Shown one piece after another: positions 11,086 through 20,003 of a DNA stretch of 64,000 nt; position 1 is the first letter of the stretch; each line of letters starts with the position of its first letter. The notes under the pieces were generated by a model, which was not told where the DNA came from, made no database searches, and saw nothing but the letters and a program-made list of their open reading frames with translations. The translations under genes and the position numbers were made by a program. This stretch comes from Tetragenococcus sp. (lineage in GTDB: Bacteria; Bacillota; Bacilli; Lactobacillales; Enterococcaceae). The stretch is taken from the NCBI GenBank assembly GCA_041859945.1, contig JBFLGC010000008.1:1746-65745 (forward strand), given 5' to 3'.

Positions 11086-11212
11086 TATTTAATTTTTACA
11101 CTCTTAGTATAGCATAGATTTTAAAGAATGAAAGCAATTTGTTTAAACTATATCCATTTGAAATATATTCAATTTGGGTATATACTAATCATAAGCAGAA
11201 CGGAGGAAACAC

Positions 11213-11512
11213 ATGGATAAGATCCCATTAAGTTATGCAAATTTTCTAATTCTTTGGGTATTGCAGACCCCTTCACACGGTTATGAAATCATGAAGAAAA
11301 TCTCAGTCAAAACAAAAAACAGGATCACTGTTGGTCCCGCCACCATGTATAGAAGCCTTGCGTACTTTTTAGACAACGGTTATATAAAATTAGTTTCTGA
11401 AATGGATAATAAGAAAAAGTACCAATTGACAGCGATTGGACAAAAACTTTTAGATGAACAGGTTGATTTTATACAATTACTGGTAGACATCACTAGAGAG
11501 AAAGGAAAGTAG
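11213..11512 (+). CDS. PadR-family transcriptional regulator
   Basis: 99 aa winged-HTH protein (HGYEI..GPATMYRSL..LDNGYI). Confidence 0.8.
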   Translation: MDKIPLSYANFLILWVLQTPSHGYEIMKKISVKTKNRITVGPATMYRSLAYFLDNGYIKLVSEMDNKKKYQLTAIGQKLLDEQVDFIQLLVDITREKGK

Positions 11513-11514
11513 TC

Positions 11515-12276
11515 ATGAAAAGATTCCGGTTGTTTTTTAAAGGCAGTAAGGGTGAAAAAGAGTTTTTACTCGAAAAAAAGCAAAAAGGATATATTTTAAA
11601 AAATATCAACTCTGGTCTGTACTCATTTGAAAAAGTACCACACTTAAGTAGTGCTTCGTTACAAATCGAATTTTGTACGAACGACATTTGTGATTCAGCT
11701 CCAATGATTCAAACCGTTCAAAAAAAATTGCTTTTTTCTAACTACTCTGTTTTATACAGTTATATAGAAAAAAACAAAATCGATCATTCTATTGTTCTGA
11801 CTGAGACCAATGATGTAGAATTTGCGTATTTAAAAAAGTTGAACGCACGCTTATTCTGGCTAAATTTGATAGAAACCATTCTCTTTCTTATCATTTGGAC
11901 TTATCTCGCCCTTTCTGATCATTCTATACATCTCACTGCCTTTTTCTCTATTACAATGTTTATTATTTGGTCGATCAATTTCATTTGGTCTAGAAAAATA
12001 AGCAAACGAAGTGATTCACTCGAAGAAAATGATTATGGAACATCAAATCTTATCGTAGTCATTGAAGGCTTACCCACTCAACCAACTTTGAAAACTTTAA
12101 ATTACTTAGGGATCTGGTCCTTTCGTACCCAAAACAAAAGTAGCTATTATTATCGTCTGACCACAAGTTATTCTCAAGCACAAATAATCAATGAACTTTC
12201 CAATTTCTTAGATATCAATGAAGAAGATATCCAAATCATTTCCGATACCGGATTATTCCCTATCGGTTGGTTTTAA
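11515..12276 (+). CDS. DUF2812-like membrane protein (the usual PadR partner)
   Basis: Translationally coupled to padR (3-nt gap). C-terminal TM helices. The PadR-DUF2812 pairing is a common arrangement. Confidence 0.5.
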   Translation: MKRFRLFFKGSKGEKEFLLEKKQKGYILKNINSGLYSFEKVPHLSSASLQIEFCTNDICDSAPMIQTVQKKLLFSNYSVLYSYIEKNKIDHSIVLTETNDVEFAYLKKLNARLFWLNLIETILFLIIWTYLALSDHSIHLTAFFSITMFIIWSINFIWSRKISKRSDSLEENDYGTSNLIVVIEGLPTQPTLKTLNYLGIWSFRTQNKSSYYYRLTTSYSQAQIINELSNFLDINEEDIQIISDTGLFPIGWF

Positions 12277-12445
12277 TATTTTGATAATAGAATGCAAAAT
12301 TTCAATCTATTTCATAATAAATTTTAGCTTATCCATGAAATATAAAGTAAAATAAAACCCGAACATTTTCACAAAAACATTTCAAAAATTACATCTTAAC
12401 ATTGACATTCTCAAAATTATCTGATAATTTTGAATCGATAAGAAA

Positions 12446-12706
12446 ACGCGATGAAAAAGAAAGTAAACAGCTTGCGAAAATCAAAAGAGACTTCCGATCG
12501 CTGAAAAGGAAGGATTTGTCAGTTGTTGAAAATGGCTTTTGAGCGGATTTTCCGAAAATGAGTAGGAAAATACGGATGCTCCGTTAACAAGCAGCAGTGA
12601 CCGATCCAATCGTTCACTGACAAAGGTAAGATCTGTGAAGATCTTATGATGTAAGGTGGTAACGCAGTCCATGCCCTTCAGCTTTTAGCTCAAGGGCATT
12701 TTTTTA
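12446..12706 (+). promoter_or_regulatory. T-box riboswitch leader, apparent AUG (Met) specifier
   Basis: Promoter with TTGACA near 12402. Stem I opens GCGAUGAAAAAGAAAGUAAAC, close to the Bacillus glyQS leader start GCGAUGAGAAGAAGAGUA. AGAGA and GCUGA distal motifs are present. Specifier loop reads ..GAAAAUGG|CUUUUGAGCGG, with AUG at about 12532-12534 followed by a purine, next to the 3' strand of the basal helix. Stem III is AAGAUCUGUGAAGAUCUU. T-box sequence AAGGUGGUAACGC. Terminator GCCCUUCAGCUUUUAGCUCAAGGGC plus U7. Confidence 0.65.
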
Positions 12707-12731
12707 TTTTATTGAGAGAAAGGAATCAGAA

Positions 12732-13580
12732 ATGAGTGGAAATTTAGTGGTACAAACCGATTTTGGCTTGCAAGACGGCGCCGTCAACGCCATGTACGGC
12801 GTGGCTTATCAAGTCGAGCAAAATTTAACGATCACGGATCTGACCCATGAGATCACGCCCTATGATATTCATGACGCCAGCTACCGCCTATTGCAAAGTG
12901 TGACTTATTGGCCTAAGGGGACCGTTTTCGTTTCGGTCGTCGATCCCGGTGTGGGCTCGACCAGACGTAGTGTCGTGGTCAGCCTTAAAAGTGGGCAATA
13001 TGTCATCACCCCGGACAATGGAACTTTGACCTATTTGAAATCTTATGTTGGTATCAAAGAAGTGCGTCAAATCGACGAGAACACCCAACGCTTAGCCGGT
13101 TCTGCTGAAAGTCATACTTTCCACGGTCGTGATGTCTACATGTATAACGGCGCTCGCTTGGCAAGTCAAAAAGTGCGTTTTGAAGCATTAGGATCAGTGG
13201 TCTCTGTCGACTCCATTGTCACTTTCCCGCTTTTGGAACCGAAACAAACAAATGCCGTTATGCAAGGAACGATCGATATTTTAGACATTCGCTTCGGATC
13301 ATTGTGGACAAATCTTCCTTTGTCATTCATCAAAAATTGGCACGTCGCTTATGGGGATCAGTTACAAGTGGAAATTTATTATCAAAACGTCTTACGTTAT
13401 CGTGAAAGTGTCACTTTTGGCCGCTCGTTTGCGCAGGTTGACCCACAAGAACCTGTGCTTTACATCAATTCTTTACTCAATATTGGTTTAGGTCTCAACC
13501 TTGGTTCCTTTGCCGAAACGTATAAAATCGGGACTGGGATCAATTGGAAAATAAGGATCAAAAAGGAGGATTTATCATGA
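12732..13580 (+). CDS. SAM hydroxide adenosyltransferase (DUF62, SalL/fluorinase-like fold)
   Basis: 282 aa. The N-terminus LVVQTDFGLQDGAVNAMYGV and ..VDPGVGS.. are family signatures. Confidence 0.75.
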   Translation: MSGNLVVQTDFGLQDGAVNAMYGVAYQVEQNLTITDLTHEITPYDIHDASYRLLQSVTYWPKGTVFVSVVDPGVGSTRRSVVVSLKSGQYVITPDNGTLTYLKSYVGIKEVRQIDENTQRLAGSAESHTFHGRDVYMYNGARLASQKVRFEALGSVVSVDSIVTFPLLEPKQTNAVMQGTIDILDIRFGSLWTNLPLSFIKNWHVAYGDQLQVEIYYQNVLRYRESVTFGRSFAQVDPQEPVLYINSLLNIGLGLNLGSFAETYKIGTGINWKIRIKKEDLS

Positions 13581-14131
13581 AAGAATCAAAATTTACCGTT
13601 AAAAGTATCGTTGCAGTAGGAATCGGTGCTGCTGTTTTCTTTATTCTCAAACGTTTCTTAGTCATTCCCACAGGTTTTCCCAATACTGACATCCAAACGG
13701 CTTATCCGTTTTTGGCCTTGTTGGGCGTCGTCTATGGTCCCGTCGTCGCAGGCCTAGCTGGTTTTATTGGTCACTGGTTGGGTGATCTGACTTCCTATGG
13801 CGCTTGGTGGTCGTGGATCATCGCTTCTGGTGTTTTAGGGGTGCTCTTTGGTTTGTTGTCCCGGCGTATCCCAATCGCAGAAGGTATTTTTGGTAAAAAA
13901 GAAATCACCATTTTTACAATCGGGGAAACAATTGCTAATTTAGTTGTTTGGGTGATCCTAGCTCCTATCGGTGATATTTTGATTTATAATGAGCCAGTAG
14001 CAAAAACTTTCACACAAGGCATTATTGCGGGATTGACCAATGCACTGGTAACTGGGATAATTGGAGTGATCCTCCTCAAATCCTACGCCCAAACTAAAAC
14101 AAAAAAGGGCAGCTTAAAGAAGGAATCTTAA
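13577..14131 (+). CDS. ECF transporter substrate-specific (S) component, specificity unknown
   Basis: Start at MKESKF with an AAAAGGAGGA ribosome-binding site. About 184 aa with 5-6 TM helices, sitting directly upstream of the ECF ATPase and T component. Confidence 0.65.
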   Translation: MKESKFTVKSIVAVGIGAAVFFILKRFLVIPTGFPNTDIQTAYPFLALLGVVYGPVVAGLAGFIGHWLGDLTSYGAWWSWIIASGVLGVLFGLLSRRIPIAEGIFGKKEITIFTIGETIANLVVWVILAPIGDILIYNEPVAKTFTQGIIAGLTNALVTGIIGVILLKSYAQTKTKKGSLKKES

Positions 14132-14150
14132 GTAAAGAAATGTGTGAACG

Positions 14151-15860
14151 ATGAAAAAACCTATCATTGAATTTAAAAACTTCTCTTTTCAATACGATGC
14201 TCAAGCTGAGGCTACTTTAAAAAACATCGATTTAACGATCTATGCAGGTGAAAAAGTCTTGATCATAGGGCCCAGTGGTTCCGGCAAAAGCACTTTGGGC
14301 AAATGTCTGAATGGGCTGATCCCGCAGAACGACAAGGGACAATTTACAGGAAGTCTCCAAATTGGCTCCGACACGTTTGGGAAAGCGTCGATTTACGATC
14401 TTTCCTTAGAAGTCGGCACCGTTTTGCAAGACACCGACAGTCAATTCGTGGGTCTGACAGTCGGCGAAGATATGGCCTTTTCTTTGGAAAATGAAGCTGT
14501 GTCCCAAGCTATCATGCGCCAAAAAGTGACGACCTGGGCTGACAAGATCGCTTTAAAAGAACATTTGACCAAAAAGCCCCAAGAATTGTCTGGGGGGCAA
14601 AAACAACGCGTCTCGATGGCTGGTGTTTTGATCGATGAAACGCCGATCCTCTTATTTGACGAGCCTTTAGCGAATCTTGATCCGCAAACGGGTTATGAAG
14701 CCATCGAGATCATCGACCAACTCTATCAAGAACAAAAATTTACCACAATCATTATCGAACATCGCTTAGAAGAAGTCCTCGCGGCACCTGTTGATCGGAT
14801 CCTTTTGATGAATGATGGGCAAATCGTTGCGGATAGCACACCGACTGCCTTATTAAAAAGTGATTTACTTGAAAAATATGGGATTCGCGAACCACTTTAT
14901 GTCGCAGCTTTGAAAAAAGTGGGCCTTTTACTTGACGATTTTACTGATTTGACGGACCTAAAAAAACTGGCTTCGCCTGAAATCAGTCAACATTTACAAG
15001 CTTTTCAAGAGCAACATGTACCCATCCCTGCATTGTCTGACGGCGAAATCTTATTGACTGCTGAAGATTTGACTTTTGCTTACAAAAAGGGCCAAGATAT
15101 TTTAAAAGGTCTCAACTTTTCGATCAAAAAAGGCGAAATGGTCAGTCTTGTGGGTCATAATGGGGCTGGCAAGTCGACATTATCCAATTTGATCACAGGC
15201 TTTCTCGCACCATCTTCGGGACGTTTACTTTGGAACAACCGTGATTTTAGCCACGATTCGATCAAAGAACGCGCTGAAAAAATCGGCTATGTGTTACAAA
15301 ACAGCAATCAAATGTTATCAAAAAATTTCTTGTTCGATGAAGTGGCTCTAGGCTTGATCAATCGCCAAGTACCAGAAGAGCAAATCAGAGAAAAAGTCAA
15401 TGAAACGCTGAAAATCTGTGGCCTGTATGAATTTCGCTCGTGGCCGCTTTCGGCTTTGAGTTATGGCCAGAAACGGCGCGTAGCGATTGCGGCGATCTTA
15501 GTTTTAGATCCAGAATTGATCATTTTAGATGAACCCACAGCTGGTCAAGATCATCGCCACTATAAAGCGATGATGGATTTCATTCAACAATTGAATCAAC
15601 ACGGCTTGACAATTTTGATGATCACGCATGATATGCACTTGATGTTAGAATACACGAAGCGCACGATCGTTTTAAAAGAAGGGCAGATCTTTGCCGAGGG
15701 CACCCCGGCTGAGATCCTTTCTTCGCCTGATATCGTACACTTGGCAAGCCTGCGCCAAACCAGTCTTTATACGTTAGCTAAAATAAACGGTCTGCCTGAT
15801 CCAATTGATTTTGTGGCTTCCTTTATTGATAGTGAAAGGGGCACTACTCATGGAAAGTAA
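14151..15860 (+). CDS. ECF transporter ATPase, fused EcfA-EcfA' (two ABC domains)
   Basis: 569 aa. Two Walker A motifs (GPSGSGKST and GHNGAGKST), two LSGGQ signatures (LSGGQKQR and LSYGQKRR), and a Walker B ILDEPT. Confidence 0.85.
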   Translation: MKKPIIEFKNFSFQYDAQAEATLKNIDLTIYAGEKVLIIGPSGSGKSTLGKCLNGLIPQNDKGQFTGSLQIGSDTFGKASIYDLSLEVGTVLQDTDSQFVGLTVGEDMAFSLENEAVSQAIMRQKVTTWADKIALKEHLTKKPQELSGGQKQRVSMAGVLIDETPILLFDEPLANLDPQTGYEAIEIIDQLYQEQKFTTIIIEHRLEEVLAAPVDRILLMNDGQIVADSTPTALLKSDLLEKYGIREPLYVAALKKVGLLLDDFTDLTDLKKLASPEISQHLQAFQEQHVPIPALSDGEILLTAEDLTFAYKKGQDILKGLNFSIKKGEMVSLVGHNGAGKSTLSNLITGFLAPSSGRLLWNNRDFSHDSIKERAEKIGYVLQNSNQMLSKNFLFDEVALGLINRQVPEEQIREKVNETLKICGLYEFRSWPLSALSYGQKRRVAIAAILVLDPELIILDEPTAGQDHRHYKAMMDFIQQLNQHGLTILMITHDMHLMLEYTKRTIVLKEGQIFAEGTPAEILSSPDIVHLASLRQTSLYTLAKINGLPDPIDFVASFIDSERGTTHGK

Positions 15861-16680
15861 TTTATTCGGCTATCTCGAACGCGACACCGTCATTCATCGG
15901 TTGAGCGGCGTCACAAAGTTGCTTTGTTTCATTTTACTCTCAGTGATCGGCATGATGACCTATGATACGCGTTTTTTATTAGGTATGGCACTTTTCTCAG
16001 GAATCATTTTTTATCTGGCGCAGATCCACTACCGCGATATTGCTTTCGTGATCAAATTCATCATCTTTTTCTCCATCTTAAATCTTGTGGCGGTCTATCT
16101 TTTTTCTCCTGAATATGGGGTGACGATCTACGGCACGCGCCACGTCATTTGGGACGGGATCGGGCGTTTTACCTTGACCCAAGAACAGGTGTTTTATGAA
16201 TTTAATTTGTTCCTCAAGTATTTTGTCACGATCCCACCTGGCTTGATCTTTTTGTTTACGACCAATCCAAGTGAACTTGCTTCAAGCTTGAACCGCATCG
16301 GGATCTCTTATAAGATTTCCTATGCCGTCGCCTTAGCCTTGCGCTACATTCCCGATATTCAAGAAGATTTTCGGACCATCTCCAAAGCCCAACAAGCCCG
16401 TGGCGTCGAATTATCAAAAAAAGCTCCGTTAAAAAAACGCGTCACAGGTAACATCGCCATTGCTATCCCGCTGATTTTTTCGAGTTTAGAACGGATCGAT
16501 AGCATCTCATCAGCGATGGAATTACGGCGCTTTGGTAAAAAGAAAAAAAGGACCTGGCTCATGGCTAGACCTATGAAAAAACAAGATTTCTTGGCCCTAG
16601 CTCTGGTTATTATTTTTGTTGGCATCGGTCTGTCTTTGTTTTCCATAAATGAGGGACGCTTTTACAATCCTTTCATCTAA
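15850..16680 (+). CDS. ecfT: ECF transporter transmembrane (T) component, EcfT/CbiQ family
   Basis: Start at MESNLFGY, overlapping the ATPase stop by 11 nt. Polytopic membrane protein with the conserved ARG motif region (..AQQARGVE..), CbiQ-like. Confidence 0.8.
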   Translation: MESNLFGYLERDTVIHRLSGVTKLLCFILLSVIGMMTYDTRFLLGMALFSGIIFYLAQIHYRDIAFVIKFIIFFSILNLVAVYLFSPEYGVTIYGTRHVIWDGIGRFTLTQEQVFYEFNLFLKYFVTIPPGLIFLFTTNPSELASSLNRIGISYKISYAVALALRYIPDIQEDFRTISKAQQARGVELSKKAPLKKRVTGNIAIAIPLIFSSLERIDSISSAMELRRFGKKKKRTWLMARPMKKQDFLALALVIIFVGIGLSLFSINEGRFYNPFI

Positions 16681-16685
16681 CAGTG

Positions 16686-16795
16686 TTACAATTCACGGCC
16701 GAATCAGTCGCTACACTACGAGATTGGCTGACAGTAGCAGACACAAACGTGTAAGTGTAGCTCTAGATTGGTCGTGAATTGTAGCTTAACAGTCT
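16686..16795. repeat. imperfect palindromic element of about 110 nt (nested inverted repeats)
   Basis: Outer arms ACAATTCACGGCCGAATC / GATTGGTCGTGAATTGT. Inner arms GCTACACTAC / GTAAGTGTAGC. Internal direct repeat AGATTGG x2. Confidence 0.4.
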
Positions 16796-16811
16796 CGTCT
16801 CTTTTATAAGT

Positions 16812-16852
16812 CGAAAAAAGCCTCAAGGGAAATTTCTCCTTGAGGCTTCATT
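16812..16852. terminator. bidirectional rho-independent terminator (serves ecfT and prs)
   Basis: GCCTCAAGG gaaatttctc CCTTGAGGC with T/A runs on both sides. Confidence 0.7.
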
Positions 16853-16855
16853 TTA

Positions 16856-17836
16856 CTATTTATTCAGATTAAGTTGCGTTTCGAATAACGGACTAACTGG
16901 TTTATTTTCGTGGATCCGTTTGATAGCTTCGGCAATCAGTTCACTGACACTGATTTCATCGATCTTGTCGATTTTACGATCTTCAGGTAGATAGATCGAA
17001 TCAGTCACAACTAGACGTTCGATAGCTGAGTCTTGGATCCGTTGTAAAGCCGGGCCGGACAAAACGGGGTGCGTACAGGAGGCATAGACTTTTTTAGCGC
17101 CCGCTTCTTTCAAAGCGTTGGCCGCTAATGTGATCGTACCAGCTGTATCGATCATATCATCGATGATCACGCAAATTTTGCCATCGACATTGCCGATAAT
17201 ATTCATGACTTCAGCAACGTTGGCTTTAGGTCGGCGTTTATCAATGATCGCAATCGGTGCTTTCAAAAATTCCGCTAATTTACGCGCGCGCGTTACCCCA
17301 CCATGATCTGGTGAAACTACGACCACGTCATCACCTTTTATGCCGTGTTCGATAAAGTAATTTGCGATAAGCGGCGCGCCCATCAAGTGATCGACAGGAA
17401 TATCAAAGAAGCCTTGGATCTGAGAAGCATGCAGGTCTAAGGCAATCACCCGGTCAGCCCCAGCTTTTTCGATCATATTAGCCACTAATTTAGCAGTGAT
17501 CGGTTCGCGCGGACGTGCTTTCCGATCTTGACGTGCATAACCATAATAAGGCATCACCACATTGATCGTCTTTGCACTGGCCCGTCGCAAGGCATCGATC
17601 ATGATCAACACTTCCATCAAATTATCATTGACGGGACTACTCGTTGATTGAATGATATAGACATGATCGCCACGGATACTTTCCTCGATATTGACTTGGA
17701 TCTCGCCATCGCTAAATTGTTTCACAGTACATTTTCCTAACTCTACCCCTACAGCCGCTGCGATTTTTTCTGCTAATGGTCGATTGGAATTTAGCGCAAA
17801 AATCTTTAATTTTGGATCAAAATAATGATTCGCCAT
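16856..17836 (-). CDS. prs: ribose-phosphate pyrophosphokinase (PRPP synthetase)
   Basis: Start at MANHYF, which has a GGAGG ribosome-binding site; the track ORF starts 4 codons earlier at GTG. PRPP-binding loop DDMIDTAGT. Confidence 0.9.
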   Translation of the reverse strand: MANHYFDPKLKIFALNSNRPLAEKIAAAVGVELGKCTVKQFSDGEIQVNIEESIRGDHVYIIQSTSSPVNDNLMEVLIMIDALRRASAKTINVVMPYYGYARQDRKARPREPITAKLVANMIEKAGADRVIALDLHASQIQGFFDIPVDHLMGAPLIANYFIEHGIKGDDVVVVSPDHGGVTRARKLAEFLKAPIAIIDKRRPKANVAEVMNIIGNVDGKICVIIDDMIDTAGTITLAANALKEAGAKKVYASCTHPVLSGPALQRIQDSAIERLVVTDSIYLPEDRKIDKIDEISVSELIAEAIKRIHENKPVSPLFETQLNLNK

Positions 17837-17964
17837 GAGAACCTCCACTTTCTTTACATTGTCGAATTTTTCTTTCTACTGTTATTATACGGTTTATTAC
17901 TTGTTAAAACAAGAGTCAAAAGCCGTAGAATCACGGTTTCAGTGTGAAAAATGGTTTTTTTCAA

Positions 17965-19041
17965 TTAGGCAAATGACGACTCTTTTAACAAGATCCTTTG
18001 CTTGGCGACATCGGCTTCGACCGTTACGCCGAAAGGTAAGACACATCTAGGATACGCATGACCAAAGTTGACATTAAAGACAAGTGAGATAGGAAAGTCA
18101 GCCAGTTCTTCACAAATGATTTGCTTATACTCCTCATACCAAGCCTCGTCTTGGGGCTTGCCAAAAAGGACGCCCTTTACTTTTTCAAAAACGCCAGTTG
18201 CTTTCATGGTTTGTAACATTTTTCGATAAAGATCAGGGGCTGGCTTTTCTTCACAGGTTTCCAAGAACAGAATGTGATCCTGTAAGGCTTCGACTGGTGG
18301 AAAGATACGGTATTTTTCACAGACTATTTTTTCTTCTGCGTAACGTGTTCCAGTCAAAATATCGTAAAAGCTATCGAAACAACCGCCAAAAAGTGGACCC
18401 GAAAAAACAGGCGCGCCCTGTAACAATTCGTAACCTCTTTGTTCTTTATGAGCCGCACGATCAATTCCCACAGAAGCTTTGGAAAATTCCGTCCTTTCTT
18501 CATACCAATACGCGCTTGGTGTGATTTCCCTTAATTCCGGTCGATCGTCGATAAAATTTTCGAACCATTTTTTCGTATAAGGTAACATTTCATCAGAAAT
18601 ATCGGCCAAGTCAGTCACAAAAGTGGGTCCATAGTAAGTAGTCAAACCTAATTTATAAAACAGCCAATGATTGAGCGATGTATCCGAAAACCCTGTAAAA
18701 ACCTTGGGATGATCATGGACTGCTTGAATAAAGGACTCATCTTCAAGTAAATATGGCAGCAAGCGGTAGGTATCATCGCCACCGATCGCACAAATCACAC
18801 CCTTGATCTCAGGATCTAAAAAAGCAGCTTTTAAATCGGCCGCACGTTTTTCGGGATGATCGTGGACATAGACTAGTCCCTTTAAAGCATGGGGCATGAA
18901 GATCGGTTCTAACCCAAAATCGTGCAGACGTTTAGTCCCTATCTCCAAGTTATGGGCATTGCTGGTTTCGCCTAGCATGCCACTAGAAAGACTAACGATC
19001 GCTACTTTATCGCCTTTTTTCAAACGTTTTGGTTTTTGCAT
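17965..19041 (-). CDS. LD-carboxypeptidase (peptidase S66, LdcA/MccF-like)
   Basis: 358 aa. LKKGDKVAIVSLSSG at the N-terminus and ..GFSDTS.. are characteristic of the S66 family. Confidence 0.7.
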   Translation of the reverse strand: MQKPKRLKKGDKVAIVSLSSGMLGETSNAHNLEIGTKRLHDFGLEPIFMPHALKGLVYVHDHPEKRAADLKAAFLDPEIKGVICAIGGDDTYRLLPYLLEDESFIQAVHDHPKVFTGFSDTSLNHWLFYKLGLTTYYGPTFVTDLADISDEMLPYTKKWFENFIDDRPELREITPSAYWYEERTEFSKASVGIDRAAHKEQRGYELLQGAPVFSGPLFGGCFDSFYDILTGTRYAEEKIVCEKYRIFPPVEALQDHILFLETCEEKPAPDLYRKMLQTMKATGVFEKVKGVLFGKPQDEAWYEEYKQIICEELADFPISLVFNVNFGHAYPRCVLPFGVTVEADVAKQRILLKESSFA

Positions 19042-19058
19042 CTAACGCTCACTCCTTT

Positions 19059-19871
19059 TTAAGAATAAAAAATCGTTTGGACCCATTGTGCAAATAAATC
19101 AGGCCAAGCGGCTACATCGGCCCGTAAATTAGGACTGTCGGGACGATCTGATTCAATGCTCGCCAAACTCAAACCATGACCGCCTTTAGGGAAAATGTGT
19201 AAACCAAAAGAAATTTCTGCTTGACGCAAACCTTGTGCAAATAGCAGACTATTTTCTACCGGGACCACATCATCTTCGACCGTATGCCATAAAAAGGTCG
19301 GAGGCGTTTTTTTACTGATCTTCTTTTCTAATGAGTAGTCATCTTTGTGAGTCAAATCGCCGCCCAATAGACATTCAAAAGAGCCTACATGGGCAAATGG
19401 CCCACTAGAAATGACTGGATAAGCCAACATCAAAGCATTCGGTTGCCAATCGCTATTGGTCCCGCCTAATTCTGCTTGTAGAAAAGACTCTTGCCAGGAA
19501 ACACCTAAATTTGCTGCTAAATGCCCACCTGCTGAAAAGCCAGCGACAATGATTTTTTCAGGATCTACGCCCCAAGCTTCATGGTTGTCACGCACCAACT
19601 TGACCGCACTCGCTAGCTCCAATAAAGCTTGCGGATAGACAGCTGGTTTGACACTATAATCGACAACAAAAGCTTGGAAACCATAGCTGAGCATTTTCAT
19701 CGCAATTGGTTCGGCTTCTCTTTCAGACACAAACTCATAGCCACCACCAGGACAAATAACGATAGCCGGACGTTTTTTCTCATACTGGATCTCATTTACT
19801 TGATCGATAACATAGGTAGTCAATGTGGCTTGACCATTTTTTAGAGCTAATGAAATTTTTTCTTGGATCAT
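19059..19871 (-). CDS. alpha/beta-hydrolase esterase (acetyl-esterase/lipase type)
   Basis: 270 aa. G-x-S-x-G nucleophile elbow GFSAGGHLA and an oxyanion HGGG-like motif CPGGGY. Confidence 0.65.
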   Translation of the reverse strand: MIQEKISLALKNGQATLTTYVIDQVNEIQYEKKRPAIVICPGGGYEFVSEREAEPIAMKMLSYGFQAFVVDYSVKPAVYPQALLELASAVKLVRDNHEAWGVDPEKIIVAGFSAGGHLAANLGVSWQESFLQAELGGTNSDWQPNALMLAYPVISSGPFAHVGSFECLLGGDLTHKDDYSLEKKISKKTPPTFLWHTVEDDVVPVENSLLFAQGLRQAEISFGLHIFPKGGHGLSLASIESDRPDSPNLRADVAAWPDLFAQWVQTIFYS

Positions 19872-19959
19872 TTCTTCACCTCATCTATTTTTTCCTCTTC
19901 ATTGTACTACAAACTAACTTACAGAAGGAAGAGAAAATAGATTTTTGTGCCTTTTTTAA

Positions 19960-19998
19960 AGCACCCTAAAAACCTCTTGAAACTTAATTCAAGAGGTT
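19960..19998 (-). terminator. terminator downstream of glmU
   Basis: CCTCTTGAA acttaa TTCAAGAGG followed by a U-run on the minus strand. Confidence 0.6.
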
Positions 19999-20003
19999 AA
20001 AAG

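Noticed and set aside
12481-12672. 63-aa minus-strand ORF inside the T-box leader
   Set aside because: Antisense to a structured leader RNA, with no RBS. Coincidental.
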